IMG/VR virus record: IMGVR_UViG_3300033069_000592
Span: 400-64,399 of that record
Source of the DNA: a virus
Lineage: Duplodnaviria; Caudoviricetes
Reading direction: 5' to 3' (one strand)
DNA length: 64,000 nucleotides
Shown here: positions 25,531-34,214 of the stretch, piece by piece
Layout: each line of letters begins with the position of its first letter
Numbering within the stretch: position 1 is the first letter of the stretch
Made by a program: the position numbers and the translations under genes
Notes under the pieces: generated by a model
Told to the model about the DNA's origin: nothing
Database searches by the model: none
What the model saw: the letters and a program-made list of their open reading frames with translations, nothing else

Positions 25531-25721
25531 TCGTAGTCTCCCAGGATCGAGTTGATAAACTCGTCCGCCTCTTCGGACGATGCGCCCCACGAGCACAGCT
25601 CATCATAGAAGGCGTGCTGATTTTCGCGGCTCATGTTGGAATTGGTGAAAGCTTCATAGGCGGCCGAGAAGGCATCGCCATGGCCATTCGAGTGGATCTT
25701 GTCTTCAAGACTCATTGACAT
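25527..25721 (-). CDS. Hypothetical protein
   Basis: AGGAG SD; promoter upstream. Confidence 0.7.
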   Translation of the reverse strand: MSMSLEDKIHSNGHGDAFSAAYEAFTNSNMSRENQHAFYDELCSWGASSEEADEFINSILGDYE

Positions 25722-25728
25722 TCTCCTG

Positions 25729-25779
25729 GATGCGTCATTGCATCGTCATCATATTGCAACTTGGTTATTCTTAATTCAA
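25729..25779 (-). promoter_or_regulatory. sigma70-type promoter with +1 hairpin
   Basis: TTGAAT-17nt-CAATAT-6nt-GATGC AATGAC GCATC-CAGGAG. Confidence 0.65.
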
Positions 25780-26025
25780 CCGCCTCAGTCTCATGAAACG
25801 CGCCTTTTTGCCATGGAGGTTGGTGAAGAACGCGTGGACAACCACCGGCTCATCGCGGTCATCGAGCTCATACTTAAAAGAAAGCTCACCGATTGCAGGT
25901 CGGTCAGGACGGACAGCTTTGTTGTCGGCGATTTGCTGAACCTGCCCACGCAGTTCTGGCAGGTCGTCGGCCTCAATCGACTGGGGGACTGCGACCATAT
26001 GACTGGTCTCTACATTCCATTTCAT
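25771..26025 (-). CDS. Hypothetical protein
   Basis: Starts immediately after the stop of the 26026 gene. Confidence 0.55.
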   Translation of the reverse strand: MKWNVETSHMVAVPQSIEADDLPELRGQVQQIADNKAVRPDRPAIGELSFKYELDDRDEPVVVHAFFTNLHGKKARFMRLRRLN

Positions 26026-26574
26026 TTAATTGACTCCACAGAGCTTCTTGATAGCATCGACTTCATTTGGCGCGAATGCCCAGCCGTATTCGGGCTTCGG
26101 TCGACCAGACGCGCGCAGTGCTGCTCGTGCGATCATCGGCGGGAGGTCCCAGGCGGTGCACAGCTCGGTGATCGTTCGATAACCGTCAGGACGCTCGGCG
26201 CGCTTCGTGCGCTCGGCCTTGGGGGCTCGTTTTTCAACGGTGGTGCCATCACTGGTGGCACGTTCGCGCGGCGCTTCGTCCCAGGTGCCATATTTGAACT
26301 GAAGGATCCATCGCCGATACTGGTCGGGTAGCTGCCAGTCGTCTTCAGTGACATCGAAGACCTCGTCATATCGGGAACACTTGAGCTGGAAAGGGCCAAC
26401 GTCAATAGCGTCCCGCACGGGGATCAGAGGCTCATTGCCCGCGAAGGTTCGAAGCCAGGTAAGCGCTTTGTAGGCTTGATCGAAGATCACGATATGGACA
26501 CGGTCGTAGGTGTCTGTCGGTCGACGCCCGCGAGCGTAGATCACGAAGCTGTCTTTTGGTGTTTTGTTTCTCAT
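26026..26574 (-). CDS. Putative DNA-binding protein (family member 2; full-length paralogue of 6094-6756)
   Basis: N-terminal FVIYAR...TYD; C-terminal RTITELCTAWDLPPMIARAALRASGRPKPEYGWAF. Confidence 0.7.
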   Translation of the reverse strand: MRNKTPKDSFVIYARGRRPTDTYDRVHIVIFDQAYKALTWLRTFAGNEPLIPVRDAIDVGPFQLKCSRYDEVFDVTEDDWQLPDQYRRWILQFKYGTWDEAPRERATSDGTTVEKRAPKAERTKRAERPDGYRTITELCTAWDLPPMIARAALRASGRPKPEYGWAFAPNEVDAIKKLCGVN

Positions 26575-26580
26575 TGGTTC

Positions 26581-26630
26581 CTCGCGTTGTTGCGATACGT
26601 GAACAATAAACGATTGGACGATGGCGTCAA
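26581..26630 (-). promoter_or_regulatory. sigma70-type promoter with +1 hairpin
   Basis: TTGACG-16nt-TATTGT-6nt-ATCGC AACAAC GCGAG-GA. Confidence 0.75.
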
Positions 26631-26857
26631 CCGCTCCGGGCTTTCATGTCCTTGCGGATTTCCTTGGCGAGCGGTTCCATGAGCATGGACAGGTCCCCGG
26701 TCCGTTCGATCACCTTCTGAGCCAGGGCGTCATTGCATCCCTGCTCAATCAGGATCTTGACGAGGCCAAGGGTGACCTCGTGGTAGATCGCATCCATGCG
26801 GTTGGTGAACATACGGCCGTCGGCCTCGCAGACGTAGGCGGTGATAGCTTTTACCAT
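26627..26857 (-). CDS. Hypothetical protein
   Basis: YVCEADGRMFTNRMDAIYHE. Confidence 0.65.
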   Translation of the reverse strand: MVKAITAYVCEADGRMFTNRMDAIYHEVTLGLVKILIEQGCNDALAQKVIERTGDLSMLMEPLAKEIRKDMKARSG

Positions 26858-26862
26858 GGCGG

Positions 26863-27549
26863 TTACCTCAGCAGATTGTTACGAAGGGGTACCGACTGCC
26901 CGAAGGCTTTGCCGGCGGTGAAGGCGCTTGAACTGTTGACCTTCGCGGATGACTTGCGCGCCTGTCCCAGGTTGAGTCCCAGGTTGGTGCGAATGTAGTC
27001 GAGGTTGCCCTGAGCCTCGTTGTTCCCGAGAACTGCAAGCGCCGTCGACTGTGTGCCGGTCAGCTTCAGGATGGGATCCTTGGAGGCAAGCTGATTGCTG
27101 GGAGCCATCTCCATGCAACGTTGGTAGATCGACTGTGCAGCCCCGGTCATGAACGACCGACCACCCGCGGTGGTGCGGGCTTCCTGCTGAACGGCGCGAA
27201 GCACCATGACCGCGATAGCATGGCAGACCGCCACGTTGCTTTCCTCGCCGACGATGGTGATAGTGTCCGTTCGGCCGTTACGGGTGAAGAACCACTTGCA
27301 GTAGTAGAGGTTCGTGATACCATGAAGGATCATTGAGGACCAAGGCCGCTTGAGCACCTGCAGCGTCTTGTGGGTTCGCCTAACGTCCTTCTCGACGTGT
27401 TCGACTTCGGCTCGTTCGAGATTGTAGCGCTGCATGAGCTCGAGCGCTTTTGCGTTGAAGGCTTCCGCCTCTGCCACAGAGCAGGCGGTATTGTCGGCCT
27501 TCGCAAGGAGCTTCGCAATGCGGTCCTTGATCTTCGCCATGTCTTCCAT
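26863..27549 (-). CDS. DUF2786-type protein
   Basis: KIKDRIAKLLAKA...EAEAFNAKALELMQRYNL; GGAG SD before ATG 27549. Confidence 0.75.
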   Translation of the reverse strand: MEDMAKIKDRIAKLLAKADNTACSVAEAEAFNAKALELMQRYNLERAEVEHVEKDVRRTHKTLQVLKRPWSSMILHGITNLYYCKWFFTRNGRTDTITIVGEESNVAVCHAIAVMVLRAVQQEARTTAGGRSFMTGAAQSIYQRCMEMAPSNQLASKDPILKLTGTQSTALAVLGNNEAQGNLDYIRTNLGLNLGQARKSSAKVNSSSAFTAGKAFGQSVPLRNNLLR

Positions 27550-27561
27550 GCGTATTCTCCA

Positions 27562-27613
27562 GTCGCGTGATTGCGACAATTCATCTTGTAATGAAAAAGG
27601 CACCGGCGATCAA
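27562..27613 (-). promoter_or_regulatory. sigma70-type promoter with +1 hairpin, overlapping a terminator
   Basis: TTGATC-17nt-TACAAG-7nt-GTCGC AATCAC GCGAC-TGGAG. Confidence 0.65.
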
Positions 27614-27625
27614 CTCGCCGATGCC
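27594..27625 (-). terminator. Rho-independent terminator
   Basis: GGCATCGGCGA-GTTGA-TCGCCGGTGCC-TTTTT on minus strand. Confidence 0.8.
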
Positions 27626-27652
27626 ATTTCATCCTTCAGTCGGGATTGAGCT

Positions 27653-28336
27653 TTACTTGTCACCCTTGAGGATCTTCTTGATTTCGGCTTCGGCAGCCTT
27701 GGGAAACTCCCAGCTACCGTCCCACTTGGGGAAAGCCTTCTTGATGCGGTCAGTGTGGCGTCGCAGCTTGGCCCGAGCGATCTTCGGATCCATACCAACG
27801 TCCCGAGCGATGTCGGCGGCGCTGACCTTGTTGGGATCCTTTTCCTTCGCCGGCTTCAGCTTACCTTCGGCAGCGCGCTTGGCCCGCTTCTCCTCGATAT
27901 GCTTCTTCTGGCGTTCGGCCTTGTCATCGACCTTCTTGACCGGCTCAGGCTTGGCGGCCTTCTTGGCTTCCTTGCGATCAGCCTTTTCCTTGGCCTTTTC
28001 CTTCTGCCGGTGATCCTGCACAGCCTTGCGCGAGTGCTCGGTGAAGAGGCCATTGTCAGCACCGCGAGCAAGCGCGGGCTTGATCTTCCTCGTTTCGGGA
28101 TCTTTCTTGACGGGAGGTTCGTCGGCGGGTGGTTCCGGTTCGGGGCGAGCCTTCGCCAGCGCGGGATCATCGGTCACCGGAGCGGCATTGATATTCGCGC
28201 CCGGGAGCGTGTCGAGAAAACCTTCTTCACGGAGTTTCGTGATCGCTTCCTCGAGCTTGGCCTTCGAAGCCTTCCAGGAGCGGAGTTCGGGTTTGCCTGC
28301 ATTGACTCGCAGGCGATTGAGCATCGCAAGATCCAT
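27653..28336 (-). CDS. Lys/Ala-rich putative DNA-binding protein (family member 3)
   Basis: SD AAGGAA before MDLAMLNRL; C-terminal SAADIARDVGMDPKIARAKLRR...GSWEF. Confidence 0.75.
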   Translation of the reverse strand: MDLAMLNRLRVNAGKPELRSWKASKAKLEEAITKLREEGFLDTLPGANINAAPVTDDPALAKARPEPEPPADEPPVKKDPETRKIKPALARGADNGLFTEHSRKAVQDHRQKEKAKEKADRKEAKKAAKPEPVKKVDDKAERQKKHIEEKRAKRAAEGKLKPAKEKDPNKVSAADIARDVGMDPKIARAKLRRHTDRIKKAFPKWDGSWEFPKAAEAEIKKILKGDK

Positions 28337-28383
28337 GTGGACGAGTTCCTTCGTGTCGGATGCGTCATTATCGACGCAACGCA

Positions 28384-28412
28384 ACACTACCACTAGCGGA
28401 TGATGGTGTCAA
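28384..28412 (-). promoter_or_regulatory. sigma70-type promoter
   Basis: TTGACA-17nt-TAGTGT, followed by a GCGTC-GATAAT-GACGC hairpin. Confidence 0.65.
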
Positions 28413-28429
28413 TCGCCTACTTGCCATCA

Positions 28430-30337
28430 TTATTCTTCGTCGGATGATGAGTCTTCAATCTTCCAGTACTCAACACCCTTGCGGGTCTTTCTGGTGACTC
28501 CCATCTTTGAAGCTGCTCGTTCGATCATCTGGACATTGATGCTGCGCTTCTCGGCCATGCGGAACAGCTTCGACATTTCAACAGCGGCGCCGGTGATCGT
28601 AGCCTCAAGGAACTCCATAGCATCTTGCATATGAGTACCCTGCTTACCTTCGGCCCGAGCATTAGAGGCTGCGTCGAGAACCTCCTGTGCGGAGTAGTTA
28701 ACGAACCCTCCCCAAACGAAGGCCGACTTGCCCTTGGGCTTTTCGTCAATGCGAAACGCAAGTCCTGGGGGTGCTTTAGCGAAGTTGATCTTGGTAACGC
28801 ACATGACGCGGGTCTCAGTATCGTTGGGGTCAACACCCACAGACATAACAACACGGGCCGAGCCTGAGAACGCGATAGAACCTTGACCACGATACATTGC
28901 AGAGCCGGTTCCCTTGGTCAAGTGACGCAGAACCAACACCGCACAGTTAAAGTCCTTGGCCAGCTTCTTGAATACACCCATCGCCTGCGTAACCTCCGCA
29001 GCTTTATGGGCGTCTGCGCGGCCAATATAGGTATTCAGGGTATCGAACACCAAGAGCGAAGGCTTGATAACCTCAAGGTGCTCGTAGATTTCCGCGATAG
29101 CATCCTCATCATCGATGCTAAAGCCTTCCTCAATTGGATAGTAGTCGTTCAGGTCAGTGAAGCCATTGTCTTCGAGTCGCGGCTTGGTGACTGACCCCGC
29201 GCTGTTTTCCAAGTCGAAATAGACCACGCTTCCCTGAGAGACCGGCAAACCCCGCTTGAATGTTGGGATCCTCTGACCTGTGGAAATCATGGCTGAAACC
29301 ATCATGGCGAGATAGGATTTACCAAGGCCCGGGTCACCCTCAAGGATCGACACTTCGCCGCGAGCCAGATAAGGCTCCCACAGGAAGTCGAGGTTAACCC
29401 GTTGAACCTTCGCCATGGGAATGAAATTGAAGCGCGACTCATATTCTTCCTCGCGTTCTTCCTCATCCGACTTTCGTTTGAGCTTTTCTTTTCCCTTGCC
29501 CTTATCACGGAACTGATTGTTGACGACCTTCTCAATCTCACGGCGAAGTTGAGCGTCCTCGTTGCGACGGCCCGCGAACTTGTTCCAGGCGCTGCGCTTG
29601 ATAACTGCAAGTGCTTCGTCTGTGGTCATCCCCGCTTCAAGGCAGGCGTTCTCCAGCTTCCAAAGCATTTCGCTTCGGTCAGCAGTGCCGGTGATTTTCT
29701 TCGCGAGCAATTCACGACGAACCCAGCGCGGCAGCTTCCCCTCATACTCGGAGAATACCTCCGCAGCAGAAAGGATCTGGCCTTCTTCCTCCTCGTCCTC
29801 CTCGGGAAGCTTCGACTCGATGTTCTTACGCTTATAGACCTTGCCGTCGTCCCACATAACGCGGACACGCGGCTGCGATTTATATTTGTAGTTCTTCGTG
29901 CCGGGGAACCGGAGAACCTGAGTCAAGTCCCAGCCGCCGTGGTCCGCTTCGACGTGATAGGTCAGCCGGCGGTTGATGTCTTCGGTCATCGGCTTATCAA
30001 GTTCCCACAGGCCGACGTAGCGGCCCGGCGACGACTCAATAGCAATGGTCGGCTTCAACCCCTTGAACAGCTTTTCGTTACGCGGGTCCGAATAGTCAAG
30101 GTCTGCCCAGAGCAGGTTCGGGATAACGGCCTCTTCCTTCTGACGCACTCGACGATTGAAGCCGTGCGGGCAGAAGTAAATGTCATGGTCGTCATAGTCG
30201 CGGAGGAACTGCTTGATCGAGCCGAAGTCATCGGGCGAGAAGAAGTGATCCTTCCACTTACCCGCGGGTGACTTGGTAGAAATGCAGAAATACTTACCGG
30301 GCTGTCTCTTCCATAGCTCAATGATTACGTTCTTCAC
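28430..30337 (-). CDS. Primase-helicase (RepB-type primase N-terminus + AAA_25/RecA-like ATPase)
   Basis: LWADLD, ESSPGR, LRFPGTKN; Walker A GDPGLGKS, Walker B LLVFDT; GTG start overlaps the HNH stop. Confidence 0.9.
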   Translation of the reverse strand: MKNVIIELWKRQPGKYFCISTKSPAGKWKDHFFSPDDFGSIKQFLRDYDDHDIYFCPHGFNRRVRQKEEAVIPNLLWADLDYSDPRNEKLFKGLKPTIAIESSPGRYVGLWELDKPMTEDINRRLTYHVEADHGGWDLTQVLRFPGTKNYKYKSQPRVRVMWDDGKVYKRKNIESKLPEEDEEEEGQILSAAEVFSEYEGKLPRWVRRELLAKKITGTADRSEMLWKLENACLEAGMTTDEALAVIKRSAWNKFAGRRNEDAQLRREIEKVVNNQFRDKGKGKEKLKRKSDEEEREEEYESRFNFIPMAKVQRVNLDFLWEPYLARGEVSILEGDPGLGKSYLAMMVSAMISTGQRIPTFKRGLPVSQGSVVYFDLENSAGSVTKPRLEDNGFTDLNDYYPIEEGFSIDDEDAIAEIYEHLEVIKPSLLVFDTLNTYIGRADAHKAAEVTQAMGVFKKLAKDFNCAVLVLRHLTKGTGSAMYRGQGSIAFSGSARVVMSVGVDPNDTETRVMCVTKINFAKAPPGLAFRIDEKPKGKSAFVWGGFVNYSAQEVLDAASNARAEGKQGTHMQDAMEFLEATITGAAVEMSKLFRMAEKRSINVQMIERAASKMGVTRKTRKGVEYWKIEDSSSDEE

Positions 30338-30840
30338 TTGGGCTTCCTTCCCGACACTGAGCCCCAAGGCCGCTTGTTCTTGTTTTGCTCAGACCACGTA
30401 GCCCACTTACAGTTAGAAGGCTCGTAGTTGCCAGCATTATCAATTCGTTCGAGCGTTAATCCCGGCGGCCTATCTCCCATATCGGTAAGAAACTCCTCGA
30501 AAGATTTCCACCGATCACAGAAAGTTACACCCCTACCGCCGTGAGTTGGATAGGCACGGTCTTTAGGATTAGAGCATCGAGAAATCATACTTCGCCAGGA
30601 GGAATAAGCACCTTTATGCTGCTCAATAAAAAGGGCCCTCTCGGTTTTCTCCCGGGGTTTCACCTTATTAAATCTAATCTCGCTTTTAATTCGGTCATAC
30701 TCCCGGCGGTCGATCAGACGAAGTCTACCAAAAGAATGAGTCTGGATTTGTCCTCGTTGAACCCTCGCATATAGGGTCTTGTAGGCTACACCCAATTCCT
30801 GGGATACACTTTCAAGAGTATAGAAATCGGAGAGAAGCAC
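30334..30840 (-). CDS. HNH-type homing endonuclease with N-terminal HTH
   Basis: SWRSMISRC...YPTHGGRGVTFCDRWKSFEEFLTDMG.RP.G.TLERIDNAGNYEPSNCKWAT; lower GC than neighbours. Confidence 0.85.
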   Translation of the reverse strand: MLLSDFYTLESVSQELGVAYKTLYARVQRGQIQTHSFGRLRLIDRREYDRIKSEIRFNKVKPREKTERALFIEQHKGAYSSWRSMISRCSNPKDRAYPTHGGRGVTFCDRWKSFEEFLTDMGDRPPGLTLERIDNAGNYEPSNCKWATWSEQNKNKRPWGSVSGRKPK

Positions 30841-30858
30841 GACAGAAATACCCCCGGG

Positions 30859-30909
30859 TTGACAATGGCGTGAGTTCTAGAGTATATTCCTCAAAGTCAA
30901 CAAAGTCAA
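30859..30909. promoter_or_regulatory. Overlapping divergent sigma70-type promoters
   Basis: Plus: TTGACA(30859)-18nt-TATATT; minus: TTGACT(30909)-17nt-TATACT; the two -10 boxes overlap. Confidence 0.75.
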
Positions 30910-30933
30910 CTGCGGCAAAAACGGGAGTAACTC

Positions 30934-31428
30934 ATGGCCATCATCGTCGAAGGTATGGATAATTCGGGCAAGTCTACGTTGGGACAGGCGCTCGCCGATT
31001 ACATGGACCTGATCGTGCAGGAGAGCGAGGGCCCGCCTATCGACGCGGACGAGATTAATGCTCGCGTTGATCGCTACGAAGGAATGACGGATAGGCTGTT
31101 CGTTCGGCATCCCGTTATCTCCAATGCGATTTACGGACAAGTCCGCGAAGAAGGCGACATTATCTCCGAAGGTCGCCGTATGCTCTTCTACGAAAACAAG
31201 CATACGATCATCTACTGCGATGCGGGGACCCGCGGTCTCGGTGCTCATGTCCAGAAGGCTCATGATACTGAGAAGCACCTGGAAGACATCACCAACAACT
31301 ACAACAAGCTGCTCTACCTTTACCGTCAATGGGCGGCCGAGCATGCTCACTTCGTCTATCGCATCGGCGATGATATGGACCAGCTGATTGCTACGGTCTA
31401 CTTCTACCATATGTATCAGAACAGCTAA
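30934..31428 (+). CDS. P-loop nucleoside monophosphate kinase
   Basis: IIVEGMDNSGKST; 164 aa; first gene of the nucleotide-metabolism operon. Confidence 0.75.
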   Translation: MAIIVEGMDNSGKSTLGQALADYMDLIVQESEGPPIDADEINARVDRYEGMTDRLFVRHPVISNAIYGQVREEGDIISEGRRMLFYENKHTIIYCDAGTRGLGAHVQKAHDTEKHLEDITNNYNKLLYLYRQWAAEHAHFVYRIGDDMDQLIATVYFYHMYQNS

Positions 31429-31437
31429 GGAGAACGA

Positions 31438-32316
31438 GTGATGTTTATTCCAACTCACCGACACGTGGATGGCGGCCTTTATCAGCATATCGGCCCTATG
31501 AGAGGTAAGCATCCTTCGAACGACCTATGGTTCGAGGGCATCGCCTATCGCAATGAAGAAGGCATGATGTTCTGGACCACCGAAGAACGGTGGAATGATC
31601 GCTTCGAAGCCCTCGAGCCCTCATCCTTCCGCGATGTCCTGTTGTGGGACGATCAGAACGAAGCGGTGGCTTCTTTCCGCATCGAGGCTCACCACGCTAC
31701 CGACGCTTACTATATGATTACCCGCGCGGGCCCGGGAAACAGCCACAAGGTCAGCCGCGAGTTCTTGGACTGGATGCGTCGGGTTCTCAAGGTTCAAGCG
31801 GAAATGATCGCCGAGGGTCTTCATATCCGTGAGCACGACTTTCCCGATCTTATCGGTGATGTCAACGCTTTCCACGCCAAGTTCGGTCAGGAATACACCG
31901 GCAAGCCCCGGCTACTGCCACGGGATCTCCATGAGTTTCGCACCAAATTCCATGACGAGGAAACCGGCGAGTATACTGAGGAGTATGAGAAGCTCTTGGA
32001 TGCGATTGAGCGCCGCGACCGGCGGGACATCATTACCGCGATGGAGAAGCAGCTGGACTCGCTGGCCGACGCTGCCTGGGTTATTCTCGGGACTGCAGAT
32101 CTTCAGTTCGGTCGGAAGGCGTTCATCGAAGCATGGCGCCGAGTCGTGAAAGCCAATATGGCGAAAGTCTTGGCGACGGAGGATCCCAACGCCGAGGACA
32201 GCGGCCGGGAAGTCAAATATGACATTCGCAAGCCCGCCGGCTGGCTGCCGCCCGATCACCGTGACCTGGTCGAGGACAACGCCATCTTCGATGAACTCTT
32301 TGGACAGGAAGCCTAA
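31438..32316 (+). CDS. DUF1653-like N-terminus fused to MazG-like (all-alpha) dNTP pyrophosphatase
   Basis: HRHVDGGLY...YRNEEG...RF; DVNAFHAKFG...DEETGEY...LDSLADAAWV...VVKANMAK. Confidence 0.75.
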   Translation: MMFIPTHRHVDGGLYQHIGPMRGKHPSNDLWFEGIAYRNEEGMMFWTTEERWNDRFEALEPSSFRDVLLWDDQNEAVASFRIEAHHATDAYYMITRAGPGNSHKVSREFLDWMRRVLKVQAEMIAEGLHIREHDFPDLIGDVNAFHAKFGQEYTGKPRLLPRDLHEFRTKFHDEETGEYTEEYEKLLDAIERRDRRDIITAMEKQLDSLADAAWVILGTADLQFGRKAFIEAWRRVVKANMAKVLATEDPNAEDSGREVKYDIRKPAGWLPPDHRDLVEDNAIFDELFGQEA

Positions 32317-32319
32317 GCC

Positions 32320-33156
32320 ATGAAGGATGAGTGGATCAAAGAGATCTTGAGGCTTTCGCGTCAAGAAGCCGACTTCTATTCGGGATGCCGAAAGATCATT
32401 CGTAACCACATGGTCACTTTCGATGACCTGTGGGAGGACGAAGATCCACTCATCCTCGAGGACGCCGGTTATACCAAGTCCAAGATGTCCCACCTGGTAA
32501 GGCTCTATCATCACGAGGAGTCTATCGAAAAAGCCATAGAGCTTTGGAAGCTTCGCCGCTCCAAGACTTCCTATGGCTCTGTGGGCTTCACCTGCTACAA
32601 CCACTTGGTGAAGAATGATGCCGAGAAAAAATCGAAGCGGGCCTCGGTCATGGGTCCATGTATTCAGGCTGTTACGATTACGCAGGTTAAGGGCGGTAAA
32701 AACGGGCAGTACTACATCGACGCCTTCTACCGAACCACGGAAATCCTGAAGAAGTTTCCCGCGGATCTGGTCTTTATCCGTGATGTCTTGTTGAAAGACT
32801 TTGACTTCTCCGGCATGGAATTTACGGGGCTGACTTGTCATTTCGCAAATGTTACAGTGCATCCGCAGTACTTCGTGACGGCAATCCCCCATATGGAGGA
32901 TCCCATCAAGGAGCTCGAACGCATCAAGAAGAAGGACCGCTACTTCTATGACTGGATCATCAAGTGGACGGCTCGATACTTGTGTGAAGAGCACTACCGA
33001 GGAATTGCCAAGTTCGCGCAGGCTCTCCGTGTTAAAATGGATGCTGACAAGCGGATCAAGGGACGCCGACGCCGCGAGCTTACTGACTACCTCCGGGCTA
33101 ATCATCCCGGCCATCGCCACGACTACACCGCTCCCGAAGAGGAAGATGAAGAATGA
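32320..33156 (+). CDS. Divergent thymidylate-synthase-fold protein
   Basis: GPCIQ ... YRTTEILKKFPADL aligns register-for-register with APCTI ... IRSCDFVKHFRNDL of the next gene. Confidence 0.65.
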   Translation: MKDEWIKEILRLSRQEADFYSGCRKIIRNHMVTFDDLWEDEDPLILEDAGYTKSKMSHLVRLYHHEESIEKAIELWKLRRSKTSYGSVGFTCYNHLVKNDAEKKSKRASVMGPCIQAVTITQVKGGKNGQYYIDAFYRTTEILKKFPADLVFIRDVLLKDFDFSGMEFTGLTCHFANVTVHPQYFVTAIPHMEDPIKELERIKKKDRYFYDWIIKWTARYLCEEHYRGIAKFAQALRVKMDADKRIKGRRRRELTDYLRANHPGHRHDYTAPEEEDEE

Positions 33157-33995
33157 TGTATAACCGCTTTGATGCCGTCATCCAGGAATATCGGGATAGG
33201 CTGAGGAACGAAGGCGAGCTGGTTCACAGCCGCCGTTGGCAGGGTGTCGAAATTGCGAACAACCCCAATATGGCGTGTCTTGAATTGACTCACGTCCACT
33301 TCGAAGTGCAGATGGATGGTTATGAGGAAGACCTCGAAGTATACGCCAAGTGCATTCAGCCCGACCTCCCATGGGCGGACAACCACTTCGAGGAGCGAGT
33401 TTGCGGCTATCCGATCAATCCCGGTACCGAGTTCAAGAACTGGCCATGGAACAGGGGGCGTGGCGCTGAGTCGTTCCTTGATCGCCGGGGCAAGTTCAAT
33501 CACAACTACATGGAGCGGTACTGGCCGAAGCATGCCCACGTGGTTCAAGAGCCCACAGCCGGTTCGGCGGATTATCGGTCGCGCTTCAAGGACTACTTCC
33601 AGACCGGCAAGGTCTCGACCATGCAGGGCATCATGTATGAGTATGGTGACCTGAAGGACGTGGTGGACCTGATGATCGATGATCCCCTGACCCGCCAGGC
33701 CTATTTGCCTGTGTGGTTCCCCGAGGACACCGGCGGCGGTGACAAGCGAGCACCCTGCACCATTGGTTACCACTTCCTGATGCGGAATGATCGACTGTCG
33801 GTCAACTACCATATTCGCAGCTGCGACTTCGTCAAGCACTTCCGCAATGATCTTTATCTTACGGCTCGATTGGTGATCTGGGTGCTTCGTCAGCTACAGT
33901 CTCGCGATGCTCGCTGGAAGGAAGTGTCCGTCGGTGATTTCATCATGCAGATTGGTTCGCTGCACTCATTCCGTCCGGACTGGGAGCTGATCTGA
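33153..33995 (+). CDS. Thymidylate synthase/dCMP hydroxymethylase-family enzyme, predicted dCMP-specific
   Basis: TRQAYLPVW, catalytic PC, RSCD, Asp at the E. coli ThyA Asn177 position (FRND as in T4 gp42), GSLH. Confidence 0.85.
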   Translation: MMYNRFDAVIQEYRDRLRNEGELVHSRRWQGVEIANNPNMACLELTHVHFEVQMDGYEEDLEVYAKCIQPDLPWADNHFEERVCGYPINPGTEFKNWPWNRGRGAESFLDRRGKFNHNYMERYWPKHAHVVQEPTAGSADYRSRFKDYFQTGKVSTMQGIMYEYGDLKDVVDLMIDDPLTRQAYLPVWFPEDTGGGDKRAPCTIGYHFLMRNDRLSVNYHIRSCDFVKHFRNDLYLTARLVIWVLRQLQSRDARWKEVSVGDFIMQIGSLHSFRPDWELI

Positions 33996-34213
33996 TGTCG
34001 GCTTTTCACACCGACTTCAACACCGGCGAGCGTGTTATCGTGGATGGTGACACCTCCCTGGTGGGAATAGTCACCGCGATCTTGGTAAGGGGTAAAGACT
34101 TCGGGGGAGAACGGTACACCTTTATCTTTCAGTATGAGGTGTCCTGGTTCCACAATGGTGAGTCGAAGTCCTCTTGGATTGAAGAATACCGCCTGAGCAG
34201 ACCGGAGAAGTAG
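33995..34213 (+). CDS. 72-aa hypothetical beta-barrel-like protein
   Basis: TGATG overlap; GERVIVDGD...GIVTAI...YEVSWF. Confidence 0.6.
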   Translation: MSAFHTDFNTGERVIVDGDTSLVGIVTAILVRGKDFGGERYTFIFQYEVSWFHNGESKSSWIEEYRLSRPEK

Positions 34214-34214
34214 A

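Noticed and set aside
6094-28412. Integrase, lysogeny module, tRNA or other RNA genes in the early region
   Set aside because: No tyrosine/serine recombinase motifs, att-like repeats or cloverleaf/TTCGAAT patterns were recognised by eye; a tRNAscan/Infernal run would be needed to exclude them formally.
31912-33839. Long minus-strand ORFs (402 aa and 238 aa)
   Set aside because: Antisense shadows of the TS-fold genes.
33153-33995. Annotation as ordinary thymidylate synthase (thyA)
   Set aside because: Asp rather than Asn at the specificity position, a divergent N-terminus, and a separate ThyX elsewhere in the genome; gene symbol withheld.
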